A stretch of 62,939 bases of DNA, the filler included, from Chiloscyllium plagiosum (Eukaryota), in NCBI RefSeq assembly GCF_004010195.1. It is 5 parts of one record of this genome, joined end to end, with 100 filler letters (N's around TTAATTAATTAA, not from the genome) between each part and the next. Parts side by side here need not be neighbours in the genome. Positions count along the whole stretch, not along the records: positions 1 to 9,132 come from NC_057715.1; positions 9,233 to 31,844 come from NC_057715.1; 3 more parts are not named here. One strand, written 5' to 3'. The position numbers were made by a program, and so were the translations under genes. Under the pieces are notes generated by a model, which did no database searches, was not told where the DNA came from, and worked only from the letters and a program-made list of their open reading frames with translations. Below are positions 1 through 12,020 of this stretch, one piece after another (position 1 is the stretch's first letter; every line of letters starts with the position of its first letter).

Positions 1-1070
1 AAAATCCCCCATAGCAACTGTAGTAACATCTTTGCGACAGGCCAATTTCAGTTCCTGATTCAACTTACATCCGACATCGAGACTACTGTTTCGGGGCCTG
101 TAGATAACTCCCAAGAGGGTCTTTTTACCCTTAGAATTTCTCAGCTCTATCCATACTGACTCTACATCCCCTGATTCTAGGTCCTTCCGCGCAAGGGACT
201 GAATATCATCCCTTACCAACATGGCCACCCCACCCCCTCTGCCCGTCAGTCTGTCCTTACGATAGCATGTGTTGCCTTGAATATTCATTTCAGGCCCTGT
301 CCACTTGAAGCCACGTCTCAGTTATCCCCACAATATCGTATCTGCCAATTTCCAAAAGAGCCTCAAGCTCATCCATCTTATTTCTAATGCTTCGTGCATT
401 CATATATAGTATTTTTAATTTGTTACTGCCCTCACCCTTCCCATCAACTCCTATTTCACTCAACCCTACAGCATGATCCCTTTTTGAGTTTTCTGCTTCA
501 TTGATACAGTTGTTTGTCTTGACTTCGCTTGTTCTAACTTTCCCTTCAATTTCCTTCTTAAACATCCAGTTTGTCCCCGCCCCTACTTAGTTTAAACGTG
601 GCTGTGTTGCAGTAGCAAACCTGCCTGCCAGAATGCTGGTCCCTAACCTATTAAGGTGCAAACCGTCTCTCTTGTATAATTTATGCTTACCACAAAACAT
701 ACAGTGATCCAAGAATTTAAATCCTTGCTTCCTGCACCAGTTCCCCAGCCACACATTCAAGTCCATCTCCCTGCTTCTGGCCTCACCAGCCCGAGGAACT
801 GGAAGCAAACTGGAGATAACCACCCTGGACGTCCTGCTTTTCAGCCTTCTTCCTAGTTCTCCGAAGTCCCACTGTAGTATGTTCCTCCTATTCTTCCTGA
901 CATTATTTGTGCCGACATGTATCACCGCCTCTGGTTCTTCACCTTCGTCCTTGAGGATTTCCTGCACTCTGTCTGTGATGTCTTTAACCCTGGCACCAGG
1001 GAGGCAACACACCATCCTTAAGTCCCGCCTGTTGCCACAAAAACCCCAGTCAGTTCCTCTCACTATGGAA
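1..1070 (-). mobile_element. CR1 LINE 5' portion: ORF1 SGNH/GDSL esterase remnant (587-1063) followed by the ORF2 AP-endonuclease N-terminus
   Basis: ORF1 motifs VCCLPGARVKD, VIHVGTNN and DGLHLNRLG; ORF2 start LKILYMNARSIRNKMDELEALLEIGRYDIVGITETWL. Both are typical CR1 motifs; frameshifted. Confidence 0.9.
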
Positions 1071-1109
1071 GCAGCAGTGGACTTTTAAAAAACATTGGAA
1101 TTGAAAGTT

Positions 1110-2145
1110 AATCATAGAGTTAAACAGCATGGAAATTTACCCTTTGGCCCAACTCTTCCATGCCAACCAGACATCCTAAACTAATCTAAACCCATTTGCC
1201 AGCATTTGGCCCATATCTCTCTAAATTCTTCCTATTATTGTACCCATCCAGATGCCTCTTAAATGCTGTAATTGTACCAGACTCCATCACCACCTCTGGC
1301 AACTCATTCTATACACATAGTAACTTCTTTGTGAAAAAGATGCCCCTCCGGTTTTTTTTAAATCTTTCCCTTCTCAACTTAAAGCTATGCACTCTAGTTT
1401 GGACTCCCCTAAACTGTGAAAAAGACCATGGTTATTCACCCTATCTATGCCCCTCATGATTTTATAAACATCATAGGTCACCCCTCAGCATCTGATGTGC
1501 CAGGGAAGAAAGCCTTGTAAATCTCTTGTAAATCTTTTCTGAACCCTTTCAGGTTTAACAACATCTTTCCTATAATAGGGAGACCAGAATTGAAAGCAGT
1601 ATTCCAGAAGTGGCCTCACCAATGTCCTGCTTAGCTGCAACATGAGGTCCCAATTTCTCTACTCAGTGCACTGACCAATAAAGGCAAGCCTATCAAATAC
1701 CTTCTGCACCATCCTGTCTACCTGCAACTCTACTTTCAAAGAACTATGCCCCTGCACCCCTAGTTCTTTTTGTTCGGCAGTACTCCCCAAGGCCTTACCA
1801 TTCTGGGCGGCACGGTGGCACAGTGGTTAGCACTGCTGCCTCACAGCGCCAGAGACCTGGGTTCAATTCCCGACTCAGGCGACTGACTGTGTGGAGTTTG
1901 CATATTCTCCCCGTGTCTGCGTGGGTTTCCTCCGGGTGCTCCGGTTTCCTCCCACACTCCAAAGATGTGTAGGTCAGGTGAATTGACCATGCTAAATTGC
2001 CCGTAGTGTTAGGTAAAGGGGTAAATATAGGGTAATAAAGGGGTAAATATAGGTTGTGCTTCTGCGGGTCGGTGTGGACTTGTTGGGCCGAAGGGCCTGT
2101 TTCCACACTGTAAGTAATCTAATTAACTGTATAAATTCTGCCCTC
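1110..2145 (-). mobile_element. CR1 LINE 3' end (RT C-terminus and 3' UTR), interrupted by an HE1 SINE
   Basis: Homologous to the other CR1 3' ends in the window (13145, 35055, 40110). The CR1 sequence ...gccttaccatt resumes as aactgtataa after the SINE. Confidence 0.85.
1805..2122 (+). mobile_element. HE1-type tRNA-derived V-SINE, near full length
   Basis: A box TGGCACAGTGG, B box GGGTTCAATTCCC, V-domain GGAGTTTGCATATTCTCCCCGTGTCTGCGTGGGTTTCCTCCGGGTGCTCCGGTTTCCTCCCAC, and a CR1-like tail GGGCCGAAGGGCCTGTTTCCACACTGT. Confidence 0.92.
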
Positions 2146-2271
2146 TCTGCGATATCAACAATAATACTCTCTCACTGTTGTAAAACCCATCAGGTTCATT
2201 AATGCCTTGTGAGGAGGAAATAGAACATCCTTACTTGATCTGGTCTACACGTGAATCCAGACCCACAACAA

Positions 2272-2586
2272 TCAACAACACCGACTCCCACAGCTACCTG
2301 GATTACACCTCTTCCCACCCTACCTCTTGCAAAAATGCCATCCCGTATCCCCAATTTCTCTGCCTCCGCCGTATCTGTTCCCAGGAGGACCAGTTCCACC
2401 ACAGAACACACCAGATGGCCTCCTTCTTTAGAGACCGCAATTTCCCTTCCCACATGGTTAAAGATGCCCTCTCGTCCACATCCCGCACCTCCGCCTTCAG
2501 ACCCCACCCCTCCAACAGTAACAAGGACAGAACGCCCCTGGTGCTCACCTTCCACCCTACCAACCTTCGCATAAACCAAATCCGCA
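2272..2586 (+). mobile_element. Penelope-like element (family 1) RT C-terminal fragment
   Basis: TDSHSYLDYTSSHPTSCKNAIPYPQFLCLRRICS...PLVLTFHP are characteristic PLE motifs downstream of the RT core. Confidence 0.88.
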
Positions 2587-2628
2587 GTGGTGCGACAGAC
2601 AAGTGAGGGATTTGAGGAAGTGTTGACA

Positions 2629-3011
2629 GGAAAAGTGGAAAGAATGAATCGGTCCATAAAAGGAAAAATAGGAAAAGTGTGTGCACAAACAAAGTTAAGC
2701 TGGGTGGATGCCCTACCCTTAGCTTTAATGTCCATTAGAAGCTCAGTAAACTCTATCACAGGGTTCACCCCGTATGAGCTGACAACAGGGCAGCAGTTCC
2801 CGGGACCAGGAGCTGGAATACAGATGTTAGAGGGAGGAGGAGCCTCTCTAAGGTACAAACCTTACTATGACCAACTAACAGCTTTGGTGTCAGCTTTCTC
2901 CAAACAGGTTGGACCGGAAAAGGGGGAACTACAGAGCCAGGCGCCATCTACTACAGACTGGGTCCTGCTGAAGGTGATCAAACGGAAGTGGTCGGAGCCG
3001 AGGTGGACAGG
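2629..3011 (+). mobile_element. Endogenous retrovirus (class I, gamma/epsilon-like) integrase C-terminal fragment; open frame up to a gap
   Basis: GKVERMN..IKGKIGKVC..WVDALPLALMSIRSS...GFTPYEL..G and DWVLLKVIKRKWSEPRWTG correspond to the catalytic-Glu helix and the EPRWxGP C-terminal motif of class I retroviral integrases. Confidence 0.78.
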
Positions 3012-3151
3012 NNNNNNNNNNNNNNNNNNNNNNNNNNNNNNNNNNNNNNNNNNNNNNNNNNNNNNNNNNNNNNNNNNNNNNNNNNNNNNNNNNNNNNNNN
3101 NNNNNNNNNNNNNNNNNNNNNNNNNNNNNNNNNNNNNNNNNNNNNNNNNNN

Positions 3152-3308
3152 CTACTTTCTCCCCACCCCCACCCTCCTCTAGCTTATCTCTCCACGCTTC
3201 AGCCTCTCTGCCTTTATTCCTGATGAACGGCTTTTGCCTGAAATGTCGATTTCGCTGCTCGTTGGATGCTGCCTGAACTGCTGTGCTCTTCCAGCACCAC
3301 TAATCCAA
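3152..3308 (+). mobile_element. PLE family 1 3' terminus with a degenerate hammerhead motif
   Basis: ttcCTGATGAAcggcttttgcctGAAAtGTCg followed by ggatgctgcctga.ctgctgtgct.ttccagcaccac, the same terminus found throughout the window. Confidence 0.8.
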
Positions 3309-3669
3309 ATTCCCTCTAAGCTGCATAGCCAGCCACTGGGAAACTCTACGATTGGTATTCTGCTTTCAGAAGCCACTGTGGTGTACAGACCTCTGAAATC
3401 CTCACAGCGGCAAGATAAATGAGAGAGAACGTTGACAGCAGTGCATTTGATTCATAAGTACTCTTTGAAATGGCCTAGAAAGCTACTCAGTGCAAGAGCA
3501 ACAACTCTTGGCCTTGCCATTAATGCTTGAATACATGAAGGAATAAAAAAGTGCAATGCTCTCAGTCAAGAGGAGTGTGTAAGTGGCAGTAGGGAGACAC
3601 CAAAAACAAAGGATTGATGATGGTAGTGCAGTAGATGTTCACTGTAGCAATAAATCTAATTAAACATAG

Positions 3670-3866
3670 TGTTGAAATGTGTGGTGCTGGAAACACACAG
3701 CAGATCAGGCAGCATCCAAGGAACATGACAGTTGATGTTTCAAGCATAAGCCCTTCATCCTGAAATATCGACTCTCCTGCTCCCCAGATGCTGCCTGATC
3801 TGCTATGCTTTTCCAGTGCCACATTTTTTGATTCTGATCTCCAGCATCTGCAGTCACCACTTTCTC
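3670..3866. mobile_element. Short inverted-repeat (hairpin) insertion made of PLE family 1 termini
   Basis: Two inverted copies of the terminus. Flanked by ctaattaaacatag (3656-3669) and ctaattgaacacag (3867-3880), a 12/14 TSD. Confidence 0.8.
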
Positions 3867-5284
3867 CTAATTGAACACAGCCAATAGGATACTTGTGATT
3901 GAGTACAAAGTTTGGGTTTAGAATCCTCTGGAATTTACTCTCCATTGAAGTCAATGGAAAATAATATTCCATAAGAGTTCCATTGTATCTTTCATAGATT
4001 TCATATAATTCTTCTAGGGTTTTCTTGATCGTGTGAGTTAGCTTAAAATCACCAATTATGGGTGTATGTGAAACCTACTCGGTCATTTAGTTGTACAGTG
4101 AGAAAGGAGCAGGATAACATATTAAGAGGAGAAAATCTTAATTTGTTTTCTTCACCATTTCCATAGTACTGCCACTTAGTAAATCACACTTCATTCTCCA
4201 ATGGCACAACCAAAAACGGTCTCTTAATGAATAACACTAAACAAACAGAAGAAGCATTCTAATTCAATCTGATTGACACAAATAACCCTAAATGCCAAGG
4301 GTTTTTTTTTCCTTTTGAAAAGAAAAGGATTACAAACTAGGATGTGGTCACAGCAACATAACATCAACTCTTAAGAATTGTTTTCTAAGCTGTCTCTGAG
4401 CCAGTGAAAGATTTAATCATGCTGTAATCTGATTATAATTCAAGTTGTGTACTTCAGCTCAGCAGACTCCTTAATCAACCCAGGCACATATCAGCCAGAG
4501 AATCTTTAATGTTTTCAAGGGAGATTAGCAGAGAATTGCCATCACAATTTCCAAAACAAAGATTTCCGCTCAATGAATACTCGTTTGAAACACCATATTG
4601 GCATTTGCACATATAAAGGACAAGTAACTGTATAATCAAATATTAAAATGCATGAGTAATTATTATGATAATAGAGAATTAGAGGAGGGAAATAAAAGGA
4701 GTTTTATATCTGAGGTAATCAGTGAACATATTGGCAGACGGTTGATAGATTTATTGCTCGCAGAATTGTGACCAAACCCATGATCCATGTTGATGATGTG
4801 CTATGCAGATAAAGATGAGAAACAATATGGTAAGCTTTCAGGTGATGGTGTTTCTAATGTGTTTACTACATGCTGATTCTTAATTTCCAGCCAGTTGGCA
4901 TTTCACTTTCAGGTTTTGTCTAAAGTTTCTGCTGGAGAGCAACTTTTTTATTGAAAATTTCTTCAAAATACATCATAGAATATTCCAGTCTACTTCAAGT
5001 ATCAGTTCCCCCCAAAAACCCCCAAAGGCTTGTCAGACAAGGTTCTGAAACTAGATTAACTGCTTTTTAAAGATTCTATTGTAATTTGGACACTACCTAA
5101 CATTGTTCATAAGGATTGCATTATTTTACTAGTTATTTATGTAAGCTCAATAGTTCTGAAATGACCTGATTTGATATAAAAACAGTGGATTGTTTCCAGT
5201 TCTCTGGGGCATCCCTGTCTCCATTAATATGTCATATTCGCTTTACAGATTTTATTCTCGCCCCCAGCATGATTTATCTTTTAT

Positions 5285-7535
5285 TTATTTGTGGGGATCA
5301 CAGGCTCGGATTTATTGATCATTCCTAATTGTCCTTGAGAAGGTTGTGGTGAGCAGCCTTCTTGAACTGGCAGCTGAGTTCCTGTAGTTAAACCCACAAT
5401 GCCATTAGGAAGGAAGTTCCAGGATTTTGACACTGAAGGAAGTATGATATATTTCCAAGTTAGCATGGTGAGTGACTTGCAAGTGATGGCGTTCCCTTGT
5501 ATCTGTTGCCCTTGTCTGTCTAGATGAAAGTGGTCGTGGGTTTGAAAGATGTAGTCTAAGGAACTTTGGTATTTATATGGCTATTCCAGTTCACTTTCCA
5601 GTTAATGGTAACCCTGAGGGTGTTGATTGTGGAGAAGTCTGTGACAATAATGCCAAAGGTTGATATTAGATTCTGTTTTGGTTGGAGATGGTCGTTGCTT
5701 GGCACTGGACAGCATGAATGTTACTACAGGCATTTCAGTCATATGTACCTCCAATTTTTCTTAATTGTGAACTGAAGAAGAGTTATACTGGACTTGAAAT
5801 TTCAACTGTTTTTTTTTCTCTTCTCAGATACTGCCAAACCTGCTGATATTCTCTAGCACTTTCTGTTTCTGTTTCAGATTTCAAGCATCTTCAGTGTTTT
5901 GCTTTTGTCCCATTAACTCCAGGTTTACTAGAATTCCATGAGGTCACACTGTCAAAGGCAGTCTTGATGTTAATGACAGTCACTTTCTCCTCACTTCTGG
6001 AACTCCTCTGTTTGGTCCATGTTAACAGAAAAGCCGTAATGATGTCAGGAGCTGAGTGACCCTGGTGGAACAATATAAGAGATATCAGCATTTATTGCCC
6101 ATGCCTAGTTGCCAGTGAGCTGCTTCTTGAACCACTCTATCCATTTGGTGTAGGTACATACACAATGTTGTGAGGAGTTTTTGTAATTTGATCCAGTGCA
6201 ATAAGCGGTGATAATGTTCCAAGTCAGAACGGTGTGTATGGCTTCAAGAGGAACTTGAAGGTGGTGGTGCTCCCATGTCTCTGTGGATCTTGTCTTTCTA
6301 GATGGTAAAGGTTGCAGGTGTAGAAACTGCTGTCAGAAGAAAAGTTGCTGCAATGCATCTTGTTAATGGAACATATTTCTGTCAGTTCATGTTGGTGATG
6401 GAGGAGTGAATTTTTGAGATGGAGGATAGAGCACAATTGGTGGTAATTGACAACTGAAATATAATGCCATTTAAAAACAGGCTACTTTGGCCTGAATGAT
6501 GTCAAACTTCTTGAGTGTTGTTGGGGCTACACTCATCCACTCCTGATTTGTGCCTTCCAGATAGTGGCTTTGGGAAATCGGGTGTTGAGCTACTTGCTGA
6601 AATATTTCCACTCTCTGACCTGCTCTTTTAGTCACTGTATTTATATGGCTAGTCCAGTTCGGCTTCTGGACAGTGATAACTCCAGGATGTAGATAGTGGG
6701 AAATTCAGGGATGATAATGCCATTGAGTGTGGGGGGGGGGGGCATGGTTAGGTTGTCTCTTACTGGAGATTGTCATTGCCTGGCATTTGTGTGGCGCAAA
6801 TGTAACTTGCCACTTGTCAGTGCAAGTCTAGGTCTTGCTGCATTTGGACATGGACTGCTTCAGTATCTGAGGAGATGTAAATGGTACTGAACATTGTACA
6901 GTCATCAACAAGCATCCCCACTTCTTTTAATGGAGGGATGGTCATTGATAAAGTGGTCAAAAGTGGTTAGGCCAAGAATTCTATCCTGAGGAGTTCCTGC
7001 AGAGATGTCCTAGAGCTGTGAGGACTGACCTCCAACAACCACAACCATCTTCCTATGTTTGTATGACTTAAAACCAATGGAGAGCTTTCCCCCTAACTCC
7101 CGTTGACAGTTTTGCTAGGTTCCTTGATGCTATACTTGGTCAAATGTAGCTTTGATATAAATGGGTGTCATTTTTCATTTTGCCTCTGGAAATCCCGCTC
7201 TTTTGTCCATGTTTAAATAAAGGCTGTAATGAGATCAGGAGCTAAAGTGGCTGTCACTATGAGCAGGTTATTGCTGAGCAGTTGCTGCTCGATAACACTG
7301 TTGATGACACCTTCCATTACTTTACTGATGATTAAGAGTAAACTGATTGGGCAGTAATTGACCAGGTTAGATTTGTACTGCATTTTGCGTACAGGACAGA
7401 CCTAGACAATTTTCTACATTGTTGAATAGATGCCAGTATTGTAGCTGTATTGGAACAGCTTGAATAGGAGTGCAGCAAGGTCTGCAGCACAAGTCTTCAG
7501 TTCTATGACTGGAATGTTGTCAGGTCTGTAGCCTA
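5285..7535 (-). mobile_element. Cluster of degraded fragments of a second LINE family (CR1/L2 group), RT region and 3' end
   Basis: Repeated blocks such as ggagctgagtg.ccctgg, gcatttggacatggactgcttcagtatctgagg and aaggctgtaatgag.tcaggagct recur at 11510-12020 and elsewhere in the window. Confidence 0.7.
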
Positions 7536-7544
7536 TGCTATTCT

Positions 7545-8170
7545 AATTAATAAAGCATATGATATCCTTGGGTTTATTAATAGACATTTGAGTATAAGAG
7601 GAAGTAGGAATGTTGAACTTGTACATGACGATTGTTAGACCTCACCTAGAGAATTGTGTACAGCTGTGGGATGTCCCATTTTGGAAAGATGTGAATGCAT
7701 TGGAGAGAGTGCAGAAGTGATTTATAAAAATGTTCCAGAAACTTCATTCATGAGGATAGATTGAAGAAGTTGGGACTGTTCTCCTTGATAAGAAGAAGAT
7801 TAAGATGAGATTTCATAGAGGTTTTCAAAATCATGTCTGGGATGGACAGATTAGATAGGGAGAAGTTGCTCCTGCTCGTAAAAGAAAAAAGAACAAGAGG
7901 GCTTAGCTTTGAAGTAATGTGCAAACAAAACAAGAGTGATGTGAGAACAAACTTTCATGCAGTACGTAGTTAGGGCATGGAATGCAGTGCCTGGAATATA
8001 GTAGAGGCAGGTTCACTTGAAGCATTTAAGAGGGAATTGGATGATTATGTGGACAGACATGGTGTGTAAGGAAATGACGGAAAGGCAGGAGATTGGCACT
8101 AGGTGATAGAACTAGTGCAGGCACAATCAGTTGAATGGCCACCATCTGCAATGTAACAAGTCTGTGATAC
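7545..8170 (+). mobile_element. Older CR1 3' fragment
   Basis: Degraded LVRPHLENCVQLW...ALERVQ...LKKLGLFSL..RRLR.D.IEVFKIM reading, followed by a CR1-type 3' UTR. Confidence 0.8.
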
Positions 8171-8924
8171 TGTGACACGGGACTGAGAAGTTGCAGATGA
8201 TACCAAATTGAAGGTTGTAGCATACAATTGGTGGTAATTAACAACTGAAATATAATGCCATTAAGTGTGAGCCGATTGATTTGGTAGGATAAATAAGCTG
8301 CCCACTATTCCTTGGAAGGCAAAAAAGTAAAAAGTGTGGGGTTGAACACAATAGAGAGATTTGAGCTAACAGTTGCTTGTGTTAAGAAATGGCCAAGGCA
8401 CATTTTCAAACACATAACTTGCTTTCTGCCATTAATACTAGATTTCTGGATTGAGCCTTGCTTTTACATTCTTTGGCTGAGTTGCTAGTGTTCTTTAGGC
8501 AGTATTCATTTAAAACATTTATTTTTAAGTCAACCTGTTTGTTCATGATATGACACACCTTGGTGGCAGGTGGGACTTGAACCTGGACCTAGTGTCCCAG
8601 AGACAGTGATGCTACTACTACACTGCAAGGTCCTCTTTTTAAATATATAAATATTGAGCTAAGAGCCATATCAGTAGCAGATCAGATATCAAACCCTGGA
8701 TAAGCTATGGTCAGGAACATAGCTGGGATCTGTGGCCTATTAATAAACTCGGCAAAAATCAGAAAAGCGTGTACATCCTAGATATATTGCAACCGGTTTT
8801 GAAAATTTGTACAAATAAAATTAGATGACTTTTGGCAGTCACCACTCATGGTACGATAGCTGTTAAATAATCCTTAACAAGTATCCAGCACAATACAGCC
8901 TCTGCAAAGGAGCCTAAAATAAGT

Positions 8925-9132
8925 GCTGGAAATGTGTTGCTGGAAAGGCGCAGCAGGTCAGGCAGCATCCAGGGAACAGGAGAATCGACGTTTCGGGCAT
9001 AAGCCCTTCTTCAGGAATGAGGAAAGTTTGTCCAGCAGGCTAAGATAAAAGGTAGGGAGGAGGGACTTAGGGGAGGGGCGTCGGAAATGTGACAGGTGGA
9101 AAGAGGTCAAAGTGAGGGTGATAGGTCAGACT
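8925..9132 (-). mobile_element. PLE family 1 3' terminus running into a gap
   Basis: Near-identical to 49808-50028 and to the arms at 48079-48261. Confidence 0.85.
8982..9019 (-). ncRNA. Minimal type I hammerhead ribozyme motif (PLE family 1)
   Basis: The reverse complement reads cauuc-CUGAAGA-A-GGGC-uuau-GCCC-GAAA-C-GUC-gauuc: both core boxes, a 4-bp helix II and a GUC cleavage triplet. Confidence 0.8.
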
Positions 9133-9232
9133 NNNNNNNNNNNNNNNNNNNNNNNNNNNNNNNNNNNNNNNNNNNNTTAATTAATTAANNNNNNNNNNNN
9201 NNNNNNNNNNNNNNNNNNNNNNNNNNNNNNNN
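9133..9232. other. Artificial scaffold spacer (44N + TTAATTAATTAA + 44N)
   Basis: The identical 100-nt structure occurs four times; the 12-mer gives stops in all six frames. Confidence 0.97.
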
Positions 9233-9399
9233 GATATTCTCAGTAACTTCTGCTTAAAGAATCCAAGGATGGCTTTAAAGTAAGGACCTGACTGTACTGC
9301 AGTCAGATAGGGCAACAATATCTAGTAACTGAATTTGCTTATTTTTTAAAAAAGTCAAATTGACAAAGTACACATGCCCATGAATCATACTTCAAATTA

Positions 9400-9790
9400 A
9401 TTGGATCATGCAACATCCTGAGGGGTCTTGGCAAAGCGTGGATACTGAAAGGATCCTTTGTGGGAGAGATCAGAAGTGGAGGCACAGATTGAAAATGAGA
9501 GATCTCCCATTTAAACTGATGAGATGTTATATTCAAGAATCATGAGTCTGTGGAACTCTCTTCCCCAGAGAGTGGGTGGAGGCAGGATCATTGAATATTT
9601 TTAAGGCTGAGGTAGATAGATTCTTGACCAAGAAGGAAATCAAAAAGGTATTGTGGAGTGGGGGAGGCAGCAGCCAAGAAAGCAGGGTCAGGACCACACT
9701 CAAATCAACCAGAGTCATATCAAATGGCAGAGTTGACTTGAGGGGCCCAGTGATAGTCAACTCCTGCTCCTAACAGTGTGCTGATATGTT
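9400..9790 (+). mobile_element. Old CR1-group LINE 3' end
   Basis: gtctgtggaactctcttccccagagag.gg.tggaggcaggatcattgaatatttttaaggctgaggtagataga, related to 54700-54990. Confidence 0.7.
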
Positions 9791-10539
9791 TAAGCCATTA
9801 CTTTCAGATAAGGAGTAAGAAGGGAGAGTCTGGGAGCACAAAACACAGAGCTAGAGTCTGTTAAAAACAAAAGGTACCAATCCAAAACTATTGTTAAAGT
9901 ATTTGGTATTTGCAAAACCTGTTGCATTGGTATTATAAAGAGCAACAGTTGAGGAATAATTATTTACCCAAACTTAAAGTGAAGTAATTAAGAATGATCA
10001 ATAAAAATAATATACTTCTGCTTTCGTATCCACTGCTGTTGTCTTTGTCAAGTAAGAATGAGTAAACTTGGTTTATATCCAATAAGATTATAGTTAGGAT
10101 GACAGTGCTGATGATTCTGGAAATCTGATATGAAAGTAGAACCCGATGGAAATACACAGCAACTCTGTACTGTAAAGCAAAACTATTGTTCCAGGTTAAT
10201 GTCCCTTTGTCAGAGCTGATAGTACTTGGAGATAGTAACAATTTCTAAGCAAGGGAGGGAAACTGGGGAGAAGTGGTGGGACAGGAGTTGGCTGTTGAAT
10301 AGAGTGAAGGAAAAAACTAATCTGTGATAGGGTCGAATACAGGAGAGGTCATATGACTTCCTCAGACAATGCAAATATCAGGGAATGATAAAGTAATTGT
10401 CTAGGAATAAAAATGAATAATAATAAATAAAACAATGAAATCAGACAGAAAACCTGGCATCAACTTTGGTGCTGGAAACAAAATGGCATGCCCCACTCCC
10501 ATTAACCATGCAATATCATCATCAAACATCTCAGGGCTT

Positions 10540-12020
10540 ATGACAAAACTGAGAAGTACATCCCACAAATTAGTCAAGCAATAGCCTGACATAATGATAT
10601 TCATGAAACTATACCTTTACAGAGATCATCCCAGACACCACCATCCTAAGGTACATCCCATCCCACAGGCAGCTCAGACCCAGGAGAGATGGGATACACA
10701 CTGAGGAACAAGGTGACCTTTGAGTTCTCAACATTGACTCTAAACTTCATGGCATCAAGTCAAATATGGGCAAGGAAATCTCTCATTGATTATCACCTAC
10801 CACCCAAATTCAGCTGATGAAGCAGAACTGTTCCATGTTGAACACTAACTGGGGTTGGCAAGGAACTCTGGGTGGGCACTTCAATGCCCATCACCAAGAA
10901 TGGCTAAGTAGCATCATTACTGGTTGAGGTGGCTGCATCCTACAGCTCATATTGGAGGAACCAACAAGAGGAAAACCCCCATATGACCATGTCCTCGCAC
11001 ATTACAGATGTATCTGTCAGTATTGATAGTGATGACAGAGTCACTTGTCACAGTCCTTGTAGAGACAAGCTTCTGCTTCATAGTGAGGGTACCATCCATC
11101 CTATTATGTGGCATTACCACCATGCTAAATGGGATAGATTGCAAATAGATGCAGCAACTTACAGCTGGGCATTGCTAAGCTGTCTGTGGCAGCAGAACTG
11201 TATTTAACCACAATCTATAAGTTCAGCATATCTCCACCCTGCCAATACCATCCAGCCAGGTGATCAACCCTGGTTCAATGGAGAGTTCAGAGGGCATGGT
11301 AGGAAAAGCACCAGCTAAACCTAAATATGAGCTTTCAACTTGGCAAAGTTACAAGATAGGATTACTTGCAAACAGGACTAAGTGATCCCACAATCAATAT
11401 ATCATATCTGAGCTCTATAATCCTGTCACATCCAGCCCATGAATGGTAGTGCACAATTAAACAACTAACAGGTCACAAATGTCCCTACCCTTAATCTGGC
11501 AGAGCCCAGCACATCAAGATGTTGATAGTGGGGAATTCAGTGATGGTAACACCGTTAAATATCAAGGGACTGTGGTTAGATTGTCTCTTATAGGTGATTG
11601 TCATCGCTTAGCATTTGTGTGGTGTGAATGTTACTTGCCACTTATCAGCCTAGGCTCAGTATTGTCCAGATCTTATTCATTTGAAGATGGACTGCTTCAG
11701 TATCTGAGGAGTCATCAATGGTGCTCACTATTGTGCAATTATCAGCGAACATCCCACCCCTTCTGACCTTATGATGGAGGGAAGGTTATTGATGAAGCAG
11801 CTGAATATGGTTGGACTGAGGACACTACCCTAAGGAACTCCTGCAGAGATGTCCTGGATCTGAGATGACTTGACTTCCAAAAGCCATGACCATCGACCTA
11901 TGTCCTTCCTTTAGGAATTCAACCTGTGGAGAGTTTGCAACCTGATATTCATTGATTCCAGTTTTGCTCAGGCTCCATGATGCCACACTCAATCGAATGC
12001 AGCCTTGATGTCAAGGTCAA
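10540..12020. mobile_element. Second LINE family: endonuclease region on plus (10540-11510) joined to an RT region on minus (11510-12020)
   Basis: The plus part matches 36150-36800 (tatggg.aagg.aa.ctc...tcagctgatga...gaaccaacaagagg.aaa). The minus part matches 6690-7150. Confidence 0.7.

Noticed and set aside
1805..1885. tRNA gene
   Set aside because: The A and B boxes belong to the tRNA-derived HE1 SINE head and continue into V-domain and tail.
9177..9188. Recurrent palindrome TTAATTAATTAA as a biological motif
   Set aside because: It is always centred in exactly 88 N, so it is a synthetic six-frame-stop linker.
9960..10060. Minus-strand hydrophobic stretch SILFLLIILNYFTLSLG ending at a gtaaat donor, as a THSD1 signal-peptide exon
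   Set aside because: No nearby in-frame ATG and no recognisable similarity to THSD1.
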